64,000 nucleotides of DNA from assembly GCA_964016885.1 (NCBI GenBank), contig OZ024744.1, forward strand, positions 94,798,001-94,862,000, given 5' to 3'. The DNA is from Eledone cirrhosa. Its lineage: Eukaryota. This document shows, piece by piece, positions 1 through 12,677 of the stretch (its first letter is position 1; each line of letters starts with the position of its first letter). A program made the translations under genes and the position numbers. A model generated the notes under the pieces. That model saw nothing but the letters and a program-made list of their open reading frames with translations. It did no database searches and had not been told where the DNA came from.

Positions 1-281
1 TTCTTAACCCTTTAAGAAGGAACATGACATCACTTTCAGCTTACATCTGGAGTTTAAAAGACAACCACACCCAATATAGGATACATTGGAAGATCCTAGT
101 TGAAGCTAGATCGTATAACGCAAACAAAAGACCATGCGATTTTTGCACCGCTGAAGCCCTGGAAATTCTCTACGCCAATGATCAAATTTTAAACAAAACA
201 TCTGGCGCAATTTCGGCTTGTAAACACAAATTGTATAAAACTTTCCTGTATTACAGCCCCACATTATACTCTAACGGATAG
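1..281 (+). mobile_element. Penelope-like element GIY-YIG endonuclease C-terminal fragment
   Basis: TSLSAYIWSLKD..YRIHWKIL..CDFCTAEALEIL..LNK..CKHK has the same motif order as the PLE ORF at 59069-59495 (TTLAKKIWKLKD..INWSKL..CGLCDLELMYIL..LNNK..CRH). Confidence 0.75.
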
Positions 282-399
282 TACGGACAATACGCGGATA
301 ATCTACATTTTGATGTGGTAGCTAAGTATATTTTATGTTTATACCATTATTTATTTGCATAGGTAAGTACACATTATCCGTATGTTTGTGCAGGTATGT

Positions 400-504
400 A
401 TACTTTTTCTTATGTATATATGCATGTATGTGTTTTGGGGTGTATATATATATGTGTATATATGTATATGTATATATGTATGTGTATGTATGTGTATATG
501 TATA

Positions 505-543
<39 letters not shown>

Positions 544-752
544 TTGTGTGTGTGTATGTATATGTGTGTATATGTATCTGTGTGTATGTATATATGTGTA
601 TATGATTATATATGTGTATATGTATATGTGTTTATATAAATATATGTATATATGTGTATGTATGTATGTGTTTATGTATGTGTATATGTATCTATGTATA
701 TATGTATATGTATGTATGTATGTATGTCTGTATTTATGTGTATGTATGTGTG

Positions 753-813
<61 letters not shown>

Positions 814-1064
814 CACATATATATGTATGTGTATTTAGGTGTATATGCTTGCGTGTGTATATGTGTATATATTTGCGTGTAGCTATACGTACGTGTGCGC
901 GTGTTTTTGCGTATATGTGTGTATGTGTATATATATGGCGTGCGTATACGCGTCTGCACGTGTATATACGTATATATGTGTATATATATATATGTGTGTG
1001 TGTATATCTGTATGTATATGAGTGCATATGTATGTATACGCGTATGTATATATTTATGTATGTA
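400..1064. repeat. Compound (TA)n/(TG)n/(TATG)n microsatellite
   Basis: Direct inspection. Similar tracts recur through the window (e.g. 1940-2300, 24030-24400, 47350-47670, 51270-51720, 52236-52530, 61600-61880). Confidence 0.95.
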
Positions 1065-1065
1065 T

Positions 1066-1940
1066 GACGGCGATGAATTTATTTTGCAAGGTTTTTGACA
1101 TGAAATCGTGTGTCGAAACAAATATTGTTATACTGGGGGAGGGTCATATTGTTGTAACAATATTGCCAGAAATAATAACAGAACACACTCACTGTTTGGT
1201 TGGTTTTCACTTCTGTATCGTTTATATCTCCATATTTAATTTATTTGGTAATCAATGTTTATCATTGATTGACCAACGGTTAAAAATACAGATATAAATA
1301 TATATATATAGTCTATTAAAGTTCTTTCGTCGCTCATCTGCAACATCATCAGTGGTACTATTATATTCCCTCCTATTGTATTGTATTGTAATGTCTACGC
1401 CATTTCCTATTTTATTTATTTATTTCTTCTTGTCTCCGTCTCTGCGCATGCGTTCGCGTGTGTGTATAATGTTGGGTGTGTGTGATCGCGTTTGGGTGTA
1501 TGTGTTTTTGTTTTTTTATTCTATCTTTGTTTACTAATGTGTGTTGATATGTGTTTGTTGTTATTGTACTTGTGTATCTATTTATTTATTTATTTATTTA
1601 TATTTCCCTTATGTCAGTATTGTTTGTTTGGGTATGGTTGTTGTTGTTATTCCATTCGTTTTTTCTGTTTAACTTTGGTCTTCTAAGCTCTATTTCACTT
1701 GTTTGTCTGATTTGCCCACCTTGAATCATTTCTATGTTTACATATTATTTTAATTTTTATGTTTTCTATATTACCGTCATGTCTTTGGTGTGTTCGTATA
1801 GTACTGAACCGTTTTTTAAATTTTTTAAATATTAACTATGGAGATATAAGATACAGAAGCGAAAAACCAACCAAACAGTAAGTGTGTTCCGTTATTATTT
1901 CTGGCAATATTATTACAACAATATGCCCTTCCCCAAGTAT
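1066..1940 (-). mobile_element. PLE family A pLTR fold-back (arms 1130-1234 / 1837-1940)
   Basis: Homologous to the 3' region of the PLE at 17460-18032. An inverted copy of the terminal segment ends at ...CCCCAAGTAT next to TA/TG repeats. Confidence 0.8.
1314..1357 (-). ncRNA. Type I hammerhead ribozyme (family A, stem I decayed)
   Basis: Minus strand: tacca CTGATGA t GTTGC agatga GCGAC GAAAG aa CTT taata. Confidence 0.65.
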
Positions 1941-2394
1941 GTATATATATGTATATGTGTATATATGTGTGTATGTAGTATATATATTATATATGTATAT
2001 TTGTATGTAAATGTATGTATATATGTATGTATATATATGTATATGTATGGGTATGTATGTGTATATGTATATATCTATGTATATGTGTAAATATATGCGT
2101 GTAGCTGTATGCGTGCGTGTATATGCGTATATATATGTATATGTATGGGTATGTATGTATATATCTATGTTTATGTGTAAACATATGCGTGTAGCTGTAT
2201 GCGTGCGTGTATATGTGTATATATATGTATGTATATTATATATATATGTATATATATATATATATTTGTGTGTGCGTATGTATATGTATGCGTATATATG
2301 CGTCGGTGCATATTTTTGCACTGGCCAAAACCTTAACTATTATTACTTACTTTTACTATTTTAATAACCTCTGTCATTTTCGTTTAACAACTTT

Positions 2395-2829
2395 ATTTAC
2401 ATTATTCTTAAACTCCGGAGTTGAGAATCATTCAGTTATTCTAAATAGACTTTTAGTCTAATGACTACATTTATACCATAAACCTGTTTTTGTTTTTGCT
2501 TGTAATTGTTCTCTGTGCTCCACATAACGACGTAATTATCTTCGCTTTTTTCCCTTTCATTTCCATGGAACGTCTTCACGAACCAAAGTATCATCTTCCT
2601 GTTTTCCTTTGGTTGCAACGTTTTGCGAAATATTTACTTCTGCGCCCAGAGATCGAGATTTTTTTTTAGTTTCAGAAGAGCCCGTCAAGGGTGAAAGCAG
2701 CGATTCTTTACTTGAACTTTAATCTATTATTTTAATAAATATTTGCTCTACAGTTTTTATATATATTTATATATATATAATCCCTATTGAGCCCTCTCTT
2801 CGGATTTTAGTCTTCACATTTATTATTAT

Positions 2830-2833
<4 letters not shown>
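2395..2833 (+). mobile_element. Family D pLTR-like element (single arm plus tail) with U4A hammerhead-like motif at 2668-2718
   Basis: Homologous to 56273-56833. AGTTT CAGAAGA GCCC gtcaa GGGT GAAA GCAG..TTAC TT GAACT; ends in (TA)n. Confidence 0.65.
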
Positions 2834-2880
<47 letters not shown>

Positions 2881-2883
<3 letters not shown>

Positions 2884-3579
2884 AAATTTAACTCGAAAGT
2901 AGAGTTTTGAAACGCAAGTGTACAGGATTCTCAGGAAAATGGGAAAACTCGGTGTATGGAAGCTGTTAGAGCAGCCAAAATACCGTCAAAGCGGTGTTGG
3001 GTAAAATATTACCTCGAAGGACATAGATCAGCGGCCAGATGTGAGTTGACTTGAAGGGCGGAAGAGAAGACAGGAAGGAGGAAAAAGAATGGATCAAAAC
3101 GAACAGGTCACAAACATTAATTGTTTCTACTTTTTGGCACAAGGCCAGCAATTACCCAGCACATTACTGGTACTTAATTTTATCGACCCCGTAAGGATGA
3201 AAGGCAAAGTTAACCTCGGTGGGATTTGAACTCAGAATGGCAAGGGCCGTAACTCTGTGCGTCAAAGCATAGCATCCGACCCTCTACCGATACTGCCAAT
3301 CCACACATTAATATATGCTGTCAGATCTCAACCTCCAACAGTTTTGACGAATTAATGTTGGAAGTTGAGATCTGACAAGCATATATTAATGTTTGTGACC
3401 TGTTCATTTTCATCCATTCTTTTTCCTCCTTCCTGTCTTCTCTTCCGCCCTTCAAGTCAACTCACATCTGGCCGCTGATCTATGTCCTTCGAGGTAATAT
3501 TTTACCCAACGCCGCTTCGACGGTATTTTGCTGCTCTAACAGCTTCCATACACCGAGTTTTCTCATTTTGCTGAGAATC
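2881..3579. repeat. Asymmetric fold-back (arms 2926-3340 / 3356-3579), left arm interrupted by a SINE
   Basis: Reverse-complement match read directly. 45-nt extra tail on the left; both ends abut TA repeats. Confidence 0.9.
3122..3304 (-). mobile_element. tRNA-derived SINE (Meta-domain-like) with 8-bp TSD ACATTAAT
   Basis: B box GAGTTCAAATCC and central CCTTTCATCCTTACGGGGTCGATAAAA on the minus strand. ACATTAAT at 3114-3121 and 3305-3312. Confidence 0.85.
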
Positions 3580-3589
3580 GTATATATAT

Positions 3590-4287
3590 CAAATTAAAAA
3601 ACGGAGTTAAAGACTCACGTTAATCCCCTATAATTTAATGAGTTCAAGGAATACATTCAGGGCTCTTTATAAATCAGTAAATACAGAGAAGTACACATAA
3701 TGATATGTGTTTAATCACAGGGGATCAAAAACCACCAGAGTAATGAACATATTGTCTACAAAAGGAAAGGTGAATATAGATCAATTAAAAGAATATATTA
3801 AAGTGTACAAACCATCTAATAATAACTGTTACACCTGGACATGCTCAAAGTAGAGTATGTTTTGCCACAACAAGTGAAAATTACATATTGTAGAGGGCTT
3901 GTCGGACTACAATATGGTCCCTAATTTTAAAAATATATCAGATAACTAAAAAGATCACCATAGGCTGTATAGCGTGCATGTCTTCTCTCTACACCATGTG
4001 TCTCTTTAGTTATCTGATATATTTTTAAAATTGAGGACTATACTGTAGTCCGACAAGCCCGCTACAATATGTAATTTTCACTTGTTGTGGCAAAACATAC
4101 TCTACTTTGAGCATGTCCAGGTGTAACAGTTATTATTAGATGGTTTGTACACTTTAATATATTCTTTTAATTGATCTATATTCACCTTTCCTTTTGTAGA
4201 CAATATGTTCATTACTCTGGTGGTTTTTGATCCCCTGTGATTAAACACATATCATTATGTGTACTTCTCTGTATTTACTGATTTATA
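3590..4287. repeat. Asymmetric fold-back (arms 3668-3954 / 4001-4287) with ~80-nt left tail
   Basis: Near-perfect ~285-bp inverted arms, TA-flanked. No HHR found in the retained part. Confidence 0.9.
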
Positions 4288-4328
4288 TATATATATCTAT
4301 CTAGGGCGGGTAAAATTCCCAAGATTAG

Positions 4329-4359
<31 letters not shown>

Positions 4360-4371
4360 ACAACAATAAAC

Positions 4372-4612
4372 CCAGTCCACACTGTAAAGTGGTCATGTAG
4401 GGCACATGAAAAAAAGCACCCAGCACACACTGTAAATGTGGTTGACATTAGGAAGGGCATCCAGCTGTAGAAAACCAGCCAGAAACAGTCCTATATAAGC
4501 GAGTCACAGTCACCTGACCTAACATGCCGTCTAACCCGTCTAACCCATGCTAGTGTGGAAAATGGACGTTAAACGATGATAATGGTGATGATGATGATGA
4601 TGATGATGATGA
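4372..4612 (+). mobile_element. 3' body of RTE-tailed SINE
   Basis: CCACACTGTAAA..TTAGGAAGGGCATCCAGC..AACCCATGCTAG..GGACGTTAAA(TGA)n. Other copies near 7925-8335, 8530-8800, 19955-20170, 22085-22305, 43540-43710. Confidence 0.75.
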
Positions 4613-5329
4613 TATATATATTCATATGTAACCCATGCGCAACCACGCAGCAATCCATTTTTCTTATATTTATATATTTTCCTCCGCTGTGACCCGTCTG
4701 TTTCTTTCTTACTGCTTCCCCTCTCTCTGTATCTCTCACCTTCTTTTTACCCCTCTGCCAGTCACACTCTCTCTCAGCTGGCCTCTTCCTCACACTTCCA
4801 CTCACTCACTCACTCTCTGCTTCTCCCCCTCTCTCACTTCCTCCTGTTTGACCTGTGTGAAATCCTTTTCTCGCTCACATCTCACCCATGTTGGATGGTC
4901 TGTATCTCTCATCCATGAATTCACCAAGCTTAAGCTTACAGATATCTTGTACTTGTCTCTTCCTATCTTTCCGTTGCAATACCATCTTTGTTTGTTTACA
5001 TGTCTCGCTCGTTTCACCCTATTTTACTTGTCCCAATAACTTTATTTAGTTATTGCTCGTACCAACCAGAGGTATATGATTTTTAAAGCGATGAAATACC
5101 AATGAAGGTTGGAAGATCACTGATGAAGGACTAATTTTATTTATATATATATATATTTAAAATTCTTTATAAACACAATTTATATAAATATTATTTTATT
5201 TTACAAAGCTGTTTATACAAAAACAAAACACTCTATTAAAAGGAACACACACAAAAAAAGCAAATGGAAAGAAGAAAAAGAATTAAACAAGAAAAGAAAT
5301 GGTGAGGCAGCAGCTGACACTAAACCCCA

Positions 5330-5925
5330 CTCTGAGAGGTGTTTTGGCTGCATCCTGTGGACAAAATGGCAAAGGTGTTACAGCAGAGAAATGGCCAGAG
5401 ACACCTGCTGCAACAGCCACCCCACTCCATGAGGAGCTTTTCTCAGACGAACTGTTGTCTTTCTGATTTTATGGAGGGAATTGGCAGTGCAAGGACCAAG
5501 GGCACCAGAGGTACAAAGAGAAAGTGGTCAGTCAGGCCTTGGTATTTAAATATCTTCCTCTCCTTTGCATTGTGAGCAGCGGAGTCTGGGTTTATGGCTG
5601 AAGAAACTAGGTTGGAGACAGAGAATGAACTGCAAATTAGGGATTTGCCACTATTCAAAAGAAAGAAGGTTAATCTGACAGGGTGCTTGCTATTACCACA
5701 GTCAGGGCCAGACGGCTCCAATTGACTGGCAAGCTGGCCTGAAATGTGATGACAAGATAATGGGTGCAGACCAAACTCACTGACAACAGCATTATTGTAA
5801 CTCACATATGTGGAGGCTGAGGCATTGTGCCACTCCAATGTAGGTGTACTCATCATCAAGAAGAGTATTGGCTGATGAGGAAGGCACCGAATTGAATCAA
5901 TTGCCACTGCTGATAGCTTTAATTT
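5330..5925 (-). mobile_element. Degenerate CRE-like non-LTR retrotransposon C-terminus (zinc knuckle plus restriction-like endonuclease)
   Basis: GLHPLSC, DSAAHNAKERKIFKYQGL..FLFVP, and a frameshifted GWLLQQVSLAI. A related fragment lies at 19660-19790. Confidence 0.6.
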
Positions 5926-6082
5926 AAGTTCCTGTTCTAAATAAAATATTTCCAATTCTTTCTTCTCTCTCTGATATACTTATTTGGTTAAACATACAGA
6001 AAAAGAAAGCAGTATTAGAAAGAACTATAAATGCCATAAATGAGCGGAAAAGGAGGGGAAGAGCAAGGACTATTAGACAAAG

Positions 6083-7760
6083 GAAGAAAGAGAGGTGGAT
6101 GAAAAGAAGACAGCATGGAAGTGTCATTATAAGAGACTGATGAATGAGGAGAATAATGTGGGAGGAAGATAGCCTGCCCCGAGTAGACCCAATAGAGGGA
6201 CTAGCTGTATAAGTCAGCAGTAGTATACTAAGTACAACAATTAAGGAATAGTTACTGATGCTGAAAGCATCTGGGATAGTAGACCACACCATAACCACCT
6301 ATATTGTAAACCAAGTAATACAAAATGGTGCTATACCCAATGACTAGCATAGCAGCAGCATCAATTGCTACAAGGACAAGGGTGATGCACTAGATAGAGG
6401 AAATTACAAAGGCATCAAATTGAGGGACCAGCTCATCAATGTTATAGAAAGAGTCATTGTACAACTGATTAGGGATCGAATTAACCTAGATGAGATGCAA
6501 TTTAAATATATGCCAGGTAAAAGCACCATGGATGCTCTCTTCCTTGTGAGGCAACAACAGGAGAAGTACCTAGCAAAAATAGTTCCTCTACTTAGCATTT
6601 GTTGATCTTGAGAAAGCTTTTGACAGGGTCCCCCATACTGTAATTTCAGGGGCAGTTAGGAAAATAGGAATAGAAGAGTGGCTGGTGAGGGCAGTACAAG
6701 CTATGTACAGAGTTGCTGTCAGCAAGATTAAAATTAATAATGACTATAGCAAGGAGTTTAGTGTGCAAGTTGGGGTCCACCAGGGTTCTGTCCTTAGCCC
6801 TCTCCTGTTTATTATCGTCCTCCAGGCTATAACAGAAGAGTTTAAGATAGGATACCCTTAGGAACTCTTGTATGCTGATATTTAACTCTCATAGCTGAAT
6901 CTATGGCAGAACTAGAGAAAAATTTCCTGACCTGGAAGCCCAACTAACAATGAAAAGGTCTTAAAGTTAACTTGACAAAGACCATAGTTCTAGTAAATAG
7001 TAAAGAAAATTGCCCTGCTCAATGTATAGGAAAGTGATGGGTAGAAATTCCATTGTTTGTCCCAAATGAAAACTATGGGTACACAAGAGATGTAGTGGGA
7101 TCTCAAGTAGGCTAATAAAGAATGTAGGTTTTACATGTGGGCATTGCACAGGAGTAGTAAGGTGCAAACATGCACAGGAAACAAGACGTATCAGTCTCTG
7201 GGAGGGCTCTGTAGAAACAGTAGACAGCTTCTGCTACCTGGGTAACCAAATCAGCAGTGGAGGTGGGTTTCTGAAAGTACAGTAGCCAAAGTAAGAACAG
7301 GATGGAGGAAGTTCAGGGAACTACTACTGCTGCTAGCTACAAAGACTTCTCCCTCAAAATGAAGGACAGATTGTATGATGCATATGTACAAACCGCAATG
7401 CTGCATGGTAGGGAGACCTGAGCATGTTGTAAAGAGAACCTGCTAAGATTGGAAAGAAATGAAGCTTGTATATTCCAATGGATGTGATATATAAAGCAGT
7501 AAAGCGTAAATGAACTGAAAGAGAAACTGGGCATAAGAGGGATCAGATGAAGTGTGCAGGAGAGTAGTTTGCAGTGGTATGGACATGTGATGCATATGAA
7601 GGGTGACAGCTGCATAAAAAGGTGAAAGATGCTCAAAGTTGATGGAAGCCTTGGAGTAGGAAGACTTGGGATGAGGTGATAAAAACTGACCTCTCAAAGA
7701 CAATGATACAAGATCGAGATCTCTGGCCTTATACAGTAATACAAAAGACCCACCTTTCTA
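6083..7760 (+). pseudogene. Old, heavily disrupted RTE-clade LINE (RT region)
   Basis: Colinear with 13660-15400 (KGDALDRGNY, DLEKAFDRVP, GVHQGSVLSPLLF, LYAD); many stops and frameshifts. Confidence 0.85.
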
Positions 7761-9156
7761 TGTATATGGGTTGAAGCATACATCTAGTATGCACCACCTT
7801 CCTCTCCATCACCCCCTTCCATACATCTCCCACATCCTAACACCCCACCCTTCACCAGATAACCCCCATCCCACTCTAGATATAACTCTCCAATCCCCAC
7901 ACACCTACTCCACCCCAGCTCTCAGCCCACACTGTAAAGTAGTCATGTAGGGGAGATGATAAAAAGCACCCTGCTCACATATAAAGTGGTCATGTAGGTG
8001 ACACGACAAAAAGCACCTAGTCCACACTGTAAAGTGGTCATGTTGATGTCATGACATGGTAAATGTGGTTGGCATTAGTAATGGCATCCAACTATAGAAA
8101 CCAAACCAAAATCAGTTCTGTATGAGCAAGACATCGTCATCTGACCTGGCATATTTCACAACAGGACAACTCATTTAACCCATGCTAGCATGGAAAAATG
8201 GATGTTAAATGGTAATAATATCTATATCTGTATAAGCAGTACACAGTCATAAGACCTGATTTGTCTCAAATGGGACAACCCGCTTAACCCATGCTAGCAT
8301 GGAAAATAGACAGTAAATGATGATGATGAGGATGATAATATATATATATATCTCTGGTGTTACACAGTTATACAAAATACTCGAATTCCTGTGGTCATAG
8401 GCCATAGATGAAGCATATATATAGCATGCATCACTCCTCCACTCCCCACCTCACCCCACCCACCCACTCTCATACTATACATCTCCCATGAGGACAAGCC
8501 AAAGTATACATCCAACAAAGCCTCCAGCCTACACTGTAAAGTGATCATGATGATAACATGGTAAAAAGTGCCAAGTCCACATTGAAAAATGGTTGTGTAG
8601 GTGTCAAGACAAAAAGTCCCCTGTAAATGTGGTTGGTGTTAGGAAGAGCATCCAGCCATATAATCCAAGCCCAAATCAGCTCTGTGTGAGCGAAACACTG
8701 TCGCCCCCCCCCCCCCGACCAGATCTCTCACAAAGGGACAGCCAGTCCTACCCATGCTAGTGTGGAATATGGATGTTAGACGATAATGATGATGATGATG
8801 GTATATATATATATATATATATACAGTGTATTCCTGAAATTTGCGTCCTCGGTTATTCGAGGAATTTTCCTTAGAACCTAACTGATAATTATTTGTGGAA
8901 ACCACTGGATATTTGATGAATCGTAAATATCTTCTGCAATTTTTTAATGGCTTTTTTGGTGGCAATATATATTTTTTTAATGATAAATATACTGTATTTT
9001 AATGATAAATATACTGTATTTGCCAGCCCCTTTGCATTAGATGCTCCCTCTTTTTTCATTATATTTTGTTATACTTTGACGTTTATAATCATTTTTATGG
9101 ACCACATCCAATAGGAATGTAACCCCCTTGAATACTGAGGGACAACTGTATATACT

Positions 9157-9480
9157 TCGTTTTTGTATTTATTTTGCAAGATTTCTTAAAATGTGTGTTG
9201 AAACAGATATTGTTATACCTTGGGAGGGTCATGCTGCCAATAAAAACACATGCACCTGTTGGTTTTCATTTCGATTTATTATAAATTTCCAGTTGGTTCG
9301 TTTAATAACCAGATGGTTGTTTATTTATTGTCAAAGCTTTTTTGTCACACGTTGTGACCTCCTCAGTGACTAATTTGTTATTTTGTGTCTCTCCTTTGTT
9401 CTGTTCTACACCATCTTGTTTTTGAAGTGAAAACTAACGGGTGCATATGTTTTATAGGCAGCAGGATCCTCCCAAAGTAT

Positions 9481-9487
<7 letters not shown>
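9157..9487 (-). mobile_element. PLE family A fold-back (old copy; decayed HHR at 9330-9370; short arm 9423-9487)
   Basis: Short arm ends CCCAAAGTATAACAATA|(TA)n, as in the copy at 52920. Confidence 0.75.
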
Positions 9488-9523
<36 letters not shown>

Positions 9524-9531
<8 letters not shown>

Positions 9532-9855
9532 TAAAAAGAATTCCAACTTTGTCTAATTTACTCGTTTTATTTACAATCCTTTAAAATTTATAATGGTATT
9601 AAAATGAAATAGTATGGTAGAATATTAAATGTTAAGTGTTAATTGAACAAGTACTTTCATGCTTTCGCAATCTTCAGGTTCATAATGTGTGGTGACAGTC
9701 AAGTTTGCAATTTTCAACTGTATAGTATTTCATACTATTTCATTATAATACCATTATAAATTTTTAAAGGATTGTAAATAAAACGAGTAAATCAGACAAA
9801 GTTGGAATTCCTTTTATTAATATAACCTTCAATACACAATCATACACACCCGTGT
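9524..9855. repeat. Asymmetric fold-back (arms 9524-9616 / 9731-9823) with an HHR in the spacer
   Basis: Inverted arms read directly; flanked by (TA)n and (TC)n(TA)n. Confidence 0.85.
9644..9682 (-). ncRNA. Minimal type I hammerhead ribozyme
   Basis: Minus: TGAAC CTGAAGA t TGC gaaa GCA t GAAA GTAC TT GTTCA; palindromic stem III AGTACT. Confidence 0.75.
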
Positions 9856-9859
9856 ATAT

Positions 9860-9951
<92 letters not shown>

Positions 9952-9952
9952 C

Positions 9953-10152
9953 ATCATCATCATCATCATCATTTTACGTCCGCTTTTCCCTGCTTGCAAG
10001 GGTGGGACAGGTCCTATTCAGCATAGCATCTCTCCACTTGTCACGGTCCTTTGTCATCTCCTCCGTGAGCTTCAGCGATGTGAGGTCTGCTCTCACCACC
10101 TCCGCCCATGTTTTTTGTGGTCTTCCTCTATTGCATCTTCCTTCTACTGGCA
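9953..10152 (-). mobile_element. RTE LINE 3' end fragment
   Basis: Matches 15265-15458, with a (TGA)n tail. Another copy at 11840-12070 (-). Confidence 0.85.
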
Positions 10153-10719
10153 TATGAGTTGTCCTGTTATGGGCAATGCAAATTCATGCTTTGGTTATTA
10201 ATATATATATGTATATGTGATTGATACGAGGTAGGAGAAAGGAAAGAAATTACCCCCAGAATAGAGAATAAGCTGAATATCTACAACAGAGTGGAATCTT
10301 TTCAATTTTCTAAATTGCCCCAAGGGCCAAGTAATGGTTTCAGATTTGGGTAACATATTAAGTCTACAACCAAAGAACAGTAACGGTTCCTCTGATAGAC
10401 AGACACAACATTTGGTACTTTTAGAGAATGAGATGGAAGTTGTGATGGGCATCTTGTCGAGAATGATATTTATGATATTTATGATATAAATGATATATAT
10501 GAAGGTTTCATTCACACCCTCATCTATTTAAAGATCATCATTGGTGAGAATGGGAAGCTGGGCAGAGAAATAGAGACTAGACTCCAGCTATCAACTAGCA
10601 CCTCTCTTAAAGAACCCTACCACACCTATGGAGATCAATGCCACACTGAAGAACTCAGTCTTCATCCCCAACCTCACCTACTACTACCACACCTGTCTCC
10701 ACCCCCACCCTCACCTACC

Positions 10720-11289
10720 AGCATTTAAACCGGCCATATCTGGCCAGAATTCTCTTATCTCTTCCTGATCAAACCAGCTGTAACTGGTCACTCATACTGA
10801 TGTTAAGGTATTGTTCTCATAGATTCGATATTATGTGAAATAGAGTGTTTACTTTACCGTGAAAATATAATAATACATATAAAGGATAAAGATTCCATAA
10901 GTCCTTGTGGAGTCATAGAGTCACCGTCATACGCCGTGTCTAGGGCTTTTTAAACCTGGCGGAGCCTAACCCCCTCCAGGTCTGAACACAGTCGATTTTT
11001 TTCTATAGAGGAAGAATCGATCCCATTATTAGACTGGTAATTATTAGTACCAGTAATGCACTGGGTAATTGCTGGCCTTGTGCCTAAAGTAGAAACAATT
11101 ATTAGACTGGTATTCTTTTTATCGACCTCGAAAGGATGAGGGGAAAAGTTGACCACGGCGGGATTTGAGCTCAGAGCGCGCTATGAGGTGGGACGAATAC
11201 CGTAAAGCTTTCTATACAACGTCTTAATGACTCTGCCAATTTGCTCCCTTAAAAGTAAATATAGAGTAATGTAAATGCTAAAGGGTTAA
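10720..11289 (+). mobile_element. piggyBac-type MITE interrupted by SINE pieces
   Basis: Homologous to 46705-46918; right end GCTAAAGGG|TTAA. Confidence 0.6.
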
Positions 11290-11409
11290 ACATTTGGTTG
11301 ACTCTGTATCAATTAGCTGGCTCATAGCTTTAAAATGTGTAAAATAATTACACATTTTATAAGAATATTAATTGGTAAGGTTAGCAAATGTCTCAGTTTG
11401 AGTAGAACT

Positions 11410-11830
11410 CTCCCAATTTATTAATGTTGCCCTAGTTTATTACTGTTTTCCCAGTTTATTAATTTGCCCCAGTTTATTAACATTGTCCCAGCTTATTACA
11501 TTATCCCTATTTATTAATGTTGTCCCAGTTTATTAACATTGTCGCAGTTTATTAACATTGTCCCAGTTTATTAATATTGTCCCAGTTCATAAATGTTGTC
11601 CCAGTTTATTGAATGCTGTCCCAGTTTATTACCATTGTTCCTGTTTATTAACATTGTCCCAGTTTATTAATGTTGACCAAGTTTATTAAATATTACCCCA
11701 GTTTATATAAATGCTGCCCAATTTATTACCATTGTCCCAGTTTATTAACATTGCCCCAGTTTATTAACATTGTCCCACTTTATTAACATTGCCCCAATCA
11801 ATTAATGTTGTCCCATTTTATTAACGCCAT
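11410..11830. repeat. ~20-bp minisatellite (TTATTAACATTGTCCCAGTT)
   Basis: About 20 degenerate tandem units. Confidence 0.9.
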
Positions 11831-11837
11831 CTCAGTA

Positions 11838-11875
<38 letters not shown>

Positions 11876-12677
11876 TTTACGTCCGCTTTTCCCTGCTTGC
11901 AAGGGTTGGACAGGTCCTATTCAGCACAGCATCTCTCCACTTGTCACGGTCCTTCGTCATCTCCTCGGTGAGTTTCAGCAATCTGAGGTCTGCTCTCACC
12001 ACCTCTGCCCATGTTTTACGTGGTCTACCTCTTCTGCGTCTTCCTTCTACTGGGATTTCTTGTCCCAATTTATTGAATCTTGAACTGTGATCTACCCAGT
12101 TTGAAATTATATCCTGTTTGTTGGAAATCAGGATAAATTTTATTTATCCTGATTTAACAGAAGAGTTGGAAGGTATTGATACGAATGAGTCTTTCTCATT
12201 ATGAAACAGCAGTTATACTTTATGTCAACCCTTGTGGTTAATAAAGAAAGCTTATTATGAAACAGCAGTAACTCAAACAGAATTTGAAACTAAAACCCTT
12301 TGCTTCACTCACACTAAAAAATATAATATTTAGAATTGAGATTACAGAAGAATATAAGGCGCATGGCTTAGTGGTTAAAGAGTTGCATTTGCAATCATGA
12401 GATTGCAGGTTTGATTACTGGACTGAGCGATGTGTTATGTCCTTGAACAAGACACTATATTTCATGTTGCTCCTTCTACCAGGAGTTGCCACTGGTAGAT
12501 AGTAACAACAATGGAAACATTGTTTTCTTGATCAGTTTCACCCAAATTGGTAAGTGAATGAAGTCTGGGAATTTTTTTAGCTTCAGTTCCTTCATTGAGC
12601 AATTGTAGATTCACATGATCATTGTATACTATACATATATCGATCTCTTTTGATATATATATATATATATATATATA

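Noticed and set aside
335-1121. Many Y/I/C/V/M/H/T-rich ORFs here and throughout the window
   Set aside because: Translations of (TA)n/(TG)n microsatellites that lack stop codons by composition
5443-5955. 170-aa ORF as a host exon
   Set aside because: Motifs match a frameshifted CRE-like retrotransposon C-terminus
10198-10515. 105-aa minus-strand ORF
   Set aside because: Weak resemblance to a decayed PLE C-terminus (KCCVCLSEE..LN..SE); not supportable as a gene
12358-12480. tRNA-like A/B boxes here and at other SINE heads
   Set aside because: SINE heads followed by a CORE or Meta body; no full cloverleaf
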